DNA of 64,000 nucleotides from a virus, in IMG/VR virus record IMGVR_UViG_3300043775_002158, positions 32,001 to 96,000 of that record; one strand, given 5' to 3'. A program made the position numbers and the translations under genes. Below the pieces are notes generated by a model that saw nothing but the letters and a program-made list of their open reading frames with translations, did not search any database and was not told the DNA's origin. Positions 11,261 through 18,834 of this stretch are shown here, in pieces; the stretch's first letter is position 1; every line of letters starts with the position of its first letter.

Positions 11261-11987
11261 TTATTTTTCCGTTAATTTCAACTAAGTCAATAACGATTGG
11301 TTTATTTGTTGGTTCATATCCTGTAGTACAAATTGCGGCATTTACAAATAAAGTTTTATTCCCATATTGAACACCATAACCTTCGTGAATGTGACCAAAC
11401 ACATTTACCAATGGATTTATTTCACCAATTCTATTTATTAAACATTCACATCCAACGTGAGTATTTGGTTGTCTCCAATTATTAACTAAATCACCGTATC
11501 CATTTGGTGGGGTGTGTGTAATTAATACATCGGTATCCTCAGGAATCCTATTCCATTTTTCCTGTAATTCAGTTCCTAATCTTGGTAAGTTAAATGCCCA
11601 ATCATAGAACCAAGGTTGCCAAGGACTACCATAAAATTTAATAGGTCTTGAGAACTCAGGTGTTTCAATAGTAAAAGAACTATCCTCCAAATAAGTTATA
11701 TCTGATTGTGATAAATTTTCAGGAGACATTAGAGGACTTAACCAATCATACATATTTTTATAAGAAGGTTTATTGATCCTTTCAAAACAATAATCATGAT
11801 TGCCGGATATGAATATTTTTTGATTCCATCCACCTAAGTTTTGAAACCATTTTATAAAATCTTTAACATCTTTTTCACCACCTTTATTTGATAAATCTCC
11901 AGCATGAATTAGTATATCACCCTTTGGTAAGGGATGTTCCATATCATGATGAAGGCTGTGGGTATCAGATATACATACTAATCTCAT
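11238..11987 (-). CDS. Calcineurin-like metallophosphoesterase (MPPED-like)
   Basis: SDTH, HAGD, GNHD, THTPP, FGHIHE. Confidence 0.92.
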   Translation of the reverse strand: MRLVCISDTHSLHHDMEHPLPKGDILIHAGDLSNKGGEKDVKDFIKWFQNLGGWNQKIFISGNHDYCFERINKPSYKNMYDWLSPLMSPENLSQSDITYLEDSSFTIETPEFSRPIKFYGSPWQPWFYDWAFNLPRLGTELQEKWNRIPEDTDVLITHTPPNGYGDLVNNWRQPNTHVGCECLINRIGEINPLVNVFGHIHEGYGVQYGNKTLFVNAAICTTGYEPTNKPIVIDLVEINGKINAIYVEE

Positions 11988-12021
11988 AAAACAAATATAC
12001 TAATTATTTTCGAATATACAT

Positions 12022-12048
12022 AAAAAAAGTCAGAATTTCTTCTGACTT
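12022..12048 (-). terminator. Intrinsic terminator after the large ncRNA
   Basis: AGTCAGAA-GAAA-TTCTGACT followed by a T-tract on the minus strand. Confidence 0.8.
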
Positions 12049-12059
12049 AATTTTGTATA

Positions 12060-12927
12060 GGCCGTATGGTTTTACATACATTCACCACCACTTTGTTTTT
12101 CTAAACAAAGAAAATAAAACTCTGAGAATACAAGTTTTAACAATCGACTTAGGAACATTATTTGTTTCTTTCCCTTTCCACAACCTTTTGAGTTGTACCG
12201 ATCAATGACGGTCAATTAGATTAACCAATCCTAAAGTCATCAGATACTCTTTTATTACTTATTACTCAACAAATCTGCCGACCTGTTTCAACCTTGCGGG
12301 TTTAGAGAACTTTCTTAAAAATCATATTGGGATTGAGTCCCTTTATGGCCGTGAACCCCTCACGACTAAGTAGTCACCTGTCTCCAATGACTGACGAACA
12401 CTTTTTCTTTTTATGTATGATTTTTATACCAAAATAAAAATTTAGTTTTCCGAATTGAGAAAGTAGTGGTTCGTCACCTAGCCAAGTTATCTTTTGAACA
12501 ACTCGATACTAAACTACTCTCTGAAGTGTCCCCACCTCCATATTTTTGGTTTCCTTCGAGATTAAACCCTTGGTAGGATTTATTCAAGGACACTAACAGC
12601 ACCACCTGTTTTTTGTCATACCTTCCATCTTACGATGCTACGGTTTTAAGACCACCATTGTATTGAATTACGCAATAATAAAGTCGGATAACTATACTTC
12701 TTACATTAATTCTATGGATTATTCTTATTGATGTTCCCATCTCAACCAAACAACTCGGATTGCTTGGTCATCCAACCCTTTCGCTACGGAGTTACCCTCA
12801 CTACTTCAGGTTAAATGATATTCCACTTGTCTACTCGAGATCTCTTTCGAAATCCGCAACTTACCCCAACCAAGGGTTTGTCACTTTATCCCACTTTCGT
12901 GGTTTATTTTATTGACTATAGACGGCC
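12060..12927 (-). ncRNA. Large structured ncRNA, probably GOLLD-family (about 870 nt)
   Basis: No credible ORF; raised GC; ends pair (GGCCGT/ACGGCC); many GNRA-capped hairpins on the minus strand; own promoter and terminator; near tRNAs. Family name is from size and context, not a covariance-model search. Confidence 0.75.
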
Positions 12928-12978
12928 AATATTTTTATTCAAAGAACATTATCTTTTGGGTTATTCACCCTTCTTTTA

Positions 12979-13009
12979 CAAAGATAAGAAATGTTTTCTA
13001 ATATTCAAA
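12979..13009 (-). promoter_or_regulatory. Bacteroidota sigma-A promoter for the large ncRNA
   Basis: TTTG-N19-TATCTTTG. Confidence 0.75.
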
Positions 13010-13026
13010 ATATTTTTCAAAGTTTT

Positions 13027-13542
13027 TTATATTAATTTATTTCTTTTCCCGTTATTTCTTTCTCCAAAAAATACACTTGTTTGAGTTAATTTTTTATGTT
13101 CAGTTCTTAAAAAATCTAAACAATAGTAATTAAGTCGTAAAAATTCATATGAATCTTTGTTCCAATCGCCATTATCAAAAACAATAATTGATTCTTTTTT
13201 TTTATTTTTATGTATAAACTTAACAAACTCAAATCTTGGTAAAAAACGAGGGTCATTATCAACTAAAAAAACATCGGAAATTTTTACCAAATGTAAGAAA
13301 ACTTTATCATTTATAATATTCACATCCATTAAATTAAGATTAACGTTTGTAATATTATTTTCTTTTATTTTATCTAATATTTTATCATACCATATAATAT
13401 CGTTTTCAAATGAATTAACAATATTAAAATGATTTGAAAAAAATAATGTAGAAAATCCTGAACCTATTTCCAATATTGTTTTATTGATAAAATCTTGTTC
13501 ATTTGTCCATTTAATAAAACCCTCGGAAAGTGCTGGTAACAT
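13027..13542 (-). CDS. Class I SAM-dependent methyltransferase-like protein
   Basis: ILEIGSGFSTLFF motif I; SFEN; IVFDN. Confidence 0.75.
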   Translation of the reverse strand: MLPALSEGFIKWTNEQDFINKTILEIGSGFSTLFFSNHFNIVNSFENDIIWYDKILDKIKENNITNVNLNLMDVNIINDKVFLHLVKISDVFLVDNDPRFLPRFEFVKFIHKNKKKESIIVFDNGDWNKDSYEFLRLNYYCLDFLRTEHKKLTQTSVFFGERNNGKRNKLI

Positions 13543-13748
13543 TATTTTGAAACTTTTTTAGATTTTTTAATCTCATATGACCCACCTTGATCATGACCAA
13601 CCTCAACATTCTCTTTTGGTGATTCAGTCACAACACCTTTCCATTCTGTTTTAGTGGTATATTTCCAAGTATTACCCGCCATTTGATTGGCTTGAATATC
13701 GGATACTCTAATGACGTTTCCTGTTTTAGTATTTTTTAAACACTTCAT
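13542..13748 (-). CDS. Hypothetical protein
   Basis: TAATG coupling to the downstream gene. Confidence 0.7.
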   Translation of the reverse strand: MKCLKNTKTGNVIRVSDIQANQMAGNTWKYTTKTEWKGVVTESPKENVEVGHDQGGSYEIKKSKKVSK

Positions 13749-13915
13749 ATTTTCTATTTTTAATAATATAAGAATTTTTTTTTAAAAAACAAAATAATCA
13801 ATAGGAACAGTTCCTTCACTTCTGTCTTGTAACTCCGTACCACTCAGCACTATTGATATTTGATGGATGAAAAACATCTATTCTTCTTGCGGACTTCCAT
13901 CGGAGTCCCATATCT

Positions 13916-15118
13916 TTATTTAATCTCACTAATTGGTAATTCACCATTCTTCACAAAAAGATCTTTCATATGATCAACCGAACATGTATTAAAACAATAA
14001 ACCATTTTATCCTCATCTTTTTTAGCATTTTCCCATCTACTTGCAAAAACCACTTCCAAATAATCACTATCTAAAATTTCTTGTAAAGAATAATTGTTTA
14101 AATTGATTTTATCTCTACCATAGTTATTTATTTCATTTCTGATTTGTAAAGTTTCATTATTTTGGAAATCACTATTGTGCATAGTACCAACAAAACAACA
14201 CGGCATAACGTTTCCTTTACAATCAACATATATCTCCATACCAGCTTGATGACAGGATTTACAATTTACTGCCTTACCTTTAAATCTTTCAGGAAATTCC
14301 AAATTCTTTAAATTATTATTTATTACATCGTCCCATTTTTTATCAATTGATTCTTTAGTTGGTTTATCATTTGGTAACCAAATTTTATCTTCACTGATTT
14401 CAAATTTTTTAACTGATTTGTTTAATCTAAATTGTTCAGTTGCAGGTTCTATTCTATAAATAAAATTTCCTTCTTCATCGTAAACCATTAAATCTTGATA
14501 AACATCTGGTACGTGTGTTTCAAACCCAAAAGGTCTTTTTGGTGAAAAGGTAACACCAATTTCTTGTGCTAATTTTTCAGCCTCACCCAATTGATGTTCA
14601 TTATGTTTGAAAATTAAAAAGTCCCATATTCCCATACCTCCTGATTTGACATATGATTTCATATTTTTCATCACACTATCCCATTTTACATTTCTTCTAT
14701 AAATGTGATTAGTGTCTTCTAATCCGTCTACAGAAAAAACTACATATCTACTATTAGTACAAGGTATTGAAAGTAGTTTACCCATTTTCGCCCAAAACTT
14801 TACATCCCTAATTGATCCGTTAGTGTTTATTTGAATTTTAGCATTTGAATTTTTTACAACATATTCTAAAATTTCATAAGCGTCTTTTGCCATCATCGGA
14901 TCTCCGTTTGTACCACAGAATATCCAACTTTTACTTTTTTGAACAAAGTCTAATGGGAACCAATTTTTAAAACTTTCTAAAGAAACACTACCTAAATCTA
15001 ATTCAGGGTTTACCTTCAAAGAATGATTAATATATCTCGGACAAAGTGGACAAGCAGCATTACAACGATTAGATAATTCAACATGAACTAAATAAGTATT
15101 TTCATAATTCCATGTCAT
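13916..15118 (-). CDS. Radical SAM protein with SPASM/twitch domain
   Basis: CNAACPLC; GTNGDP; FSVDG; C-terminal YVDCKGNVMPCC and CFNTC. Confidence 0.9.
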   Translation of the reverse strand: MTWNYENTYLVHVELSNRCNAACPLCPRYINHSLKVNPELDLGSVSLESFKNWFPLDFVQKSKSWIFCGTNGDPMMAKDAYEILEYVVKNSNAKIQINTNGSIRDVKFWAKMGKLLSIPCTNSRYVVFSVDGLEDTNHIYRRNVKWDSVMKNMKSYVKSGGMGIWDFLIFKHNEHQLGEAEKLAQEIGVTFSPKRPFGFETHVPDVYQDLMVYDEEGNFIYRIEPATEQFRLNKSVKKFEISEDKIWLPNDKPTKESIDKKWDDVINNNLKNLEFPERFKGKAVNCKSCHQAGMEIYVDCKGNVMPCCFVGTMHNSDFQNNETLQIRNEINNYGRDKINLNNYSLQEILDSDYLEVVFASRWENAKKDEDKMVYCFNTCSVDHMKDLFVKNGELPISEIK

Positions 15119-15120
15119 AA

Positions 15121-15393
15121 TTAATATATTACATTTTTATCTTCTTCCGTTAATAAATTTGGACCGAGATCAAAATTACTTTGTCTTCTTCTTGCCTCTT
15201 CAGCCTCTCTATACCAACGAATCCATGTTAACGATACGTCAATCGGTGCTAATACCCAAGCCATCATTATTACCATAATAGTATCTAACTCAGGTGAACC
15301 TCCTGTTGGGTCGTTAGAATACCTTTTGTCCAAATTTTTAAACAACTGATATAAACAATAAATAACACAAATAACATAATAACCTACAAACAT
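15121..15393 (-). CDS. Small membrane protein (start reassigned to MFVGYY)
   Basis: The upstream part of the tracked ORF lies inside tRNA-Glu; two hydrophobic segments. Confidence 0.65.
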   Translation of the reverse strand: MFVGYYVICVIYCLYQLFKNLDKRYSNDPTGGSPELDTIMVIMMAWVLAPIDVSLTWIRWYREAEEARRRQSNFDLGPNLLTEEDKNVIY

Positions 15394-15407
15394 AATTTTA
15401 AATTTAG

Positions 15408-15479
15408 TATTCCCGACGGGATTCGAACCCGTATTACCTCCGTGAAAGGGAGGTGACCTAACCATTAGTCGACAAGAAC
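15408..15479 (-). tRNA. tRNA-Glu(TTC)
   Basis: Anticodon arm CCTCC-CTTTCAC-GGAGG; T-loop TTCGAAT; acceptor stem rich in G:U pairs. Confidence 0.88.
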
Positions 15480-15596
15480 AGATCCCGTTTTTTTTCTACA
15501 TTTAGCCCAAACACCAGTAGATCAGTATTTTGGGTTTTGACGCGAGAAGTCTACAAGGTTTCCCCATTAGACCGTTACCACGGGCAAACTCTACAG

Positions 15597-15684
15597 CGGA
15601 GAGAGTAGGATTCGAACCCACGGGCCAGTTTCCCGGCCTCCTGATTTCAAGTCAGGTGCAATAGACCAACTCTACCATCTCTCC
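15597..15684 (-). tRNA. tRNA-Ser(TGA)
   Basis: CCTGA-CTTGAAA-TCAGG; long variable arm; G73. Confidence 0.95.
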
Positions 15685-15878
15685 GTTGACACCTTTATTT
15701 ATCCAACTCACAGGTGTCTTAGCTGTCCCCTTTCGGGTTAGGAATAATCATTTCGTCCTCACGAGGTCGGGGTGATGTCCCCTGACGTTCTTCCTATACG
15801 TCAATGTACGTTTCCATATGGTTGTCAAACCATTTCTCATCATATTGGACATACTATTCGGTGACTAACCGAATCGTG

Positions 15879-15952
15879 CGGAATGTACGGGACTCGAACC
15901 CGTGGGCTTCTCCGTGACAGGGAGACATGATAACCAACTTCACTAACACTCC
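15879..15952 (-). tRNA. tRNA-Asp(GTC)
   Basis: TCTCC-CTGTCAC-GGAGA; G73. Confidence 0.95.
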
Positions 15953-15958
15953 GTTTTG

Positions 15959-16034
15959 TGGGTGAGTTTGGATTCGAACCAAAGACCTAAAGTTTATGAG
16001 ACTTTTGCTCTAAAACCAGCTGAGCTACACACCC
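15959..16034 (-). tRNA. tRNA-CAT (Ile2 or elongator Met)
   Basis: AAAGT-CTCATAA-ACTTT; G1:C72 paired, so not an initiator. Confidence 0.9.
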
Positions 16035-16126
16035 TATTAGTCTTTTCCTTACCTCTTAATAACCACATTGCCATCCCGGTGTTACTGCCGGGTGCTTACC
16101 ACTTGCGTGGAGTGATTATCACGTTG

Positions 16127-16199
16127 CGCTCCCTGAGGGTCACGATCCCCCGACTTCAAAATTAACAGTTTTGCGCTCTACCAACTGAGCTAAGGAAGC
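16127..16199 (-). tRNA. tRNA-Asn(GTT) with atypical T-loop
   Basis: CAAAA-CTGTTAA-TTTTG; T-loop ATCGTGA. Confidence 0.88.
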
Positions 16200-16461
16200 G
16201 TGTTTGATTCCAACCCAACTTAAGTTGCACCATCCGTGTCATGCACTGGTTAACAAAGTCCTCGTTGAGTTAGTTTCAAAAAGTTACAGGTTTTTCGTAC
16301 CATCTATGTACATCATAACAGACATAGTCTGTGGTTACTTTTCGCTTAATGGTTAATTACTCCAACTTATAGTAACTCTACTCTCACCGTTCTACATCTA
16401 GATTCAAACGGATAGTTGAGATTCATAGACAGTGGGGTCACACCACCGTCGTCACCTGTTG

Positions 16462-16534
16462 AGCCCAAACTCAGACTCGAACTGAGGACCTAATCATTAC
16501 AAATGACTTGCTCTACCAACTGAGCTATCCGGGC
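16462..16534 (-). tRNA. tRNA-Thr(TGT)
   Basis: AGTCA-TTTGTAA-TGATT; canonical D and T arms. Confidence 0.93.
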
Positions 16535-16553
16535 TTATTTTCTACCATTTTAT

Positions 16554-16605
16554 GTCAAAGAACCACTTATTTTACAAAGGTAATAAATATATATGAATAT
16601 ACAAA
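16554..16605 (-). promoter_or_regulatory. Sigma-A promoter plus boxA-like element of the tRNA operon
   Basis: TTTG-N19-TACCTTTG, then GTTCTTTGAC. Confidence 0.7.
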
Positions 16606-16669
16606 ATTATCTTAAAAATATTTTATAATCAATTATGAATCAATGTGATAAGAACTGATATTTATCAAT

Positions 16670-17185
16670 ATGACAAAAATAAAAGGACTCTCTCTCCTTT
16701 TATGTACTTTGTTCTTGGCATTCTCTTCATTTGCTCAGGACACACAAAAAGTGTACATATCTGGCGTTGAGAACAAAATTAAAATCGGACGTATGACGTC
16801 TAACCGAAACTTAGCTTTCGGAGTTAAAAACATTTTTGAAGAAATTTTACAGGATAAGGACTTCACAATCGTAGAGGTACGTAGTGAGGCTGACGTTTTA
16901 TTAAACGTTGATTTATTATTTTTTGACGTTAATAAAACTAAAAGAAACGTTTCAGTATTCCATTCTAATGTTGAAGAAACATTGGTAATAATGAAAGGTA
17001 CTATTACCGACAAATCAGGAAAAAAATTAAAAGAGGTGGTGGCCGAAGAATCAAGTTCAGAAATTTCTACATCAACGTTAATCACTGACGAAGGAAGTGG
17101 ACAAATAAACCAACAAGCATTGTCTTCCGCAATTAAGAAGACATGTGTTTTACTTGTAGATAAAATATTTTTAAATAAGAAATGA
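16670..17185 (+). CDS. Secreted protein with CsgG/TolB-N-like alpha/beta fold (tentative)
   Basis: Signal peptide SSFA|Q; pattern parallels 26128..26847. Confidence 0.6.
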   Translation: MTKIKGLSLLLCTLFLAFSSFAQDTQKVYISGVENKIKIGRMTSNRNLAFGVKNIFEEILQDKDFTIVEVRSEADVLLNVDLLFFDVNKTKRNVSVFHSNVEETLVIMKGTITDKSGKKLKEVVAEESSSEISTSTLITDEGSGQINQQALSSAIKKTCVLLVDKIFLNKK

Positions 17186-18831
17186 AAAAACTAACATTAT
17201 TAATGGGATTATTTTTATTAATGTCCCTATCATCATTTGCCCAATTAACAATTAACCAATCTATAACTCCAACTACAGGTTTAAAAGTGGGAGATACATT
17301 AACGGTTAAATATACAATTAATAGAGGGGCAACAACACCTCGTTATTTTTGGTTAAGATACTCTTTTAATAATAAAGCATTGTCAATGGTGTCAAATAGT
17401 ACCACTTTTACACAAGGCAGTTCAACACAAACATTTTATACAGGTTGGGATAATTACAAATTTACACCGGCAGCAAATATTGTGGATACACAATTATATG
17501 CACAATATCAAGTTACACCTTGGGGATATGAGGTAAATTCTGATTGGAATGTTGGACAATTAACAATTCAAAGAGCCGACGCTTCAATTAATGGTGACAT
17601 TGCCACACAAAAATTTGTATTAAAAGACCAAAACACATATAATAATATTCATAAATTAGATTTGGCATATTCAATTAATGCAACAGATGAGTATATTTCA
17701 CCAATTACAAGAAGTTCAACAAACATATCTTTAACCAATGTGGTAGGTAACACATCTCAATTCAAAGTTAGAGTATTATTTCCACAAGGATATACAATTT
17801 CCGACCACAATGTTCAATTGATGAGATTAAAAACAGATGGTAGTGGTGATATTGATTGGTCACAACAACCAATCGCACAAAAAGCATTGGATGCAAGTGG
17901 TGAGGTAATATTCACATCGGGTGTTAAAGTCGGTGATAGTGTTGGTGTATTTGTATCTCCCGCTTCCCAAAAGACTTGGATGAACAACGTAATCACAGTT
18001 TCAGATGCATATAAAGCATTCTTAGGACACTCTCAAACTGATATTAGTGGAACGGCAAACTTCTTTACAAGACCTGTTTTAGAAAGAAAAATAGGTAATG
18101 TAACAAAAAACGATATGACATTTAACGAATCTGACTCATATAATTTATTTGCACACGTAATTGGACAAGATGTATCGGTAAACGCATTTATCCCAACATC
18201 AACTTCAACTTCTTGGAGATGGCATAGTGGTTTATTGAATCAAAGTTGGTTAGATGGTGTTACTAAGAATAGAGTATACATTACGGCTCCATCACAAACT
18301 GTTGATGCAGTATTTGCGTGGGGTGGTGATTTAAACTGGTCACACTCATCTCATCCTGACACAATTGCAACTAAAATTACACAAGGTAATTTCACAAACT
18401 CAATAAACGATAACAAATATCAATCATTCTCAGTAAAGTCGATGTCATATACTCAACCTACATTTGAAAAGGTAACTTTAGGAATTAACTCTACTTTGGA
18501 AAATGGTAAAGTTGTATTAACTACTACATTGACAAAAGAAGGATTGGCAGGTTTACAAGTTATAATGAATTATGACGAAAGTAGATTGACGTTGGATAAT
18601 GTAATATTTGATGCGGGAAGTACGATTACAAACTTCTCAACTCATAAAGATGGTAGATTGACATTTGGATCTATTGATCAATTAAAAACATCAAGAATTA
18701 AAGTAGGAACACCGTATAAATTAATTTTCACTCCTAAAGTTCAATTAACAAATACTGCCGGTTTATTCTTCTTTGTATTGGCGGATGCGGTTGATGGATT
18801 GGGTAAGAAAGTTGATTTGACAATAGAATAA
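17182..18831 (+). CDS. Secreted protein with dockerin-like and C-terminal cohesin-like domains
   Basis: Signal SSFA|Q; ITVSDAY...FNESDSY and WGGDLN; LAGLQVIMNYDESRL. Confidence 0.7.
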   Translation: MKKLTLLMGLFLLMSLSSFAQLTINQSITPTTGLKVGDTLTVKYTINRGATTPRYFWLRYSFNNKALSMVSNSTTFTQGSSTQTFYTGWDNYKFTPAANIVDTQLYAQYQVTPWGYEVNSDWNVGQLTIQRADASINGDIATQKFVLKDQNTYNNIHKLDLAYSINATDEYISPITRSSTNISLTNVVGNTSQFKVRVLFPQGYTISDHNVQLMRLKTDGSGDIDWSQQPIAQKALDASGEVIFTSGVKVGDSVGVFVSPASQKTWMNNVITVSDAYKAFLGHSQTDISGTANFFTRPVLERKIGNVTKNDMTFNESDSYNLFAHVIGQDVSVNAFIPTSTSTSWRWHSGLLNQSWLDGVTKNRVYITAPSQTVDAVFAWGGDLNWSHSSHPDTIATKITQGNFTNSINDNKYQSFSVKSMSYTQPTFEKVTLGINSTLENGKVVLTTTLTKEGLAGLQVIMNYDESRLTLDNVIFDAGSTITNFSTHKDGRLTFGSIDQLKTSRIKVGTPYKLIFTPKVQLTNTAGLFFFVLADAVDGLGKKVDLTIE

Positions 18832-18834
18832 TTT

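Noticed and set aside
12060-12927. Group I/II intron or rRNA fragment
   Set aside because: It does not interrupt a gene, has its own promoter and terminator, and shows no recognisable intron core or rRNA signature
12815-13084. 89-aa plus-strand ORF
   Set aside because: Antisense to the large ncRNA and its promoter; no protein features
15480-15596. HDV-like/theta ribozyme after tRNA-Ser (GAC-TTCTCGC-GTC resembles P3/L3; GGGCTAA resembles J4/2)
   Set aside because: No matching P1 or P2 partners and no GG for P1.1; kept only as an unknown structured spacer
15740-15850. Hammerhead ribozyme (TGATGAG...GAAAC and GTGAGGACGAAA on the minus strand)
   Set aside because: CUGANGA core is absent (AUGAUGA) and stems I/III cannot be formed
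15956-16165. 69-aa plus-strand ORF
   Set aside because: Antisense to tRNA genes
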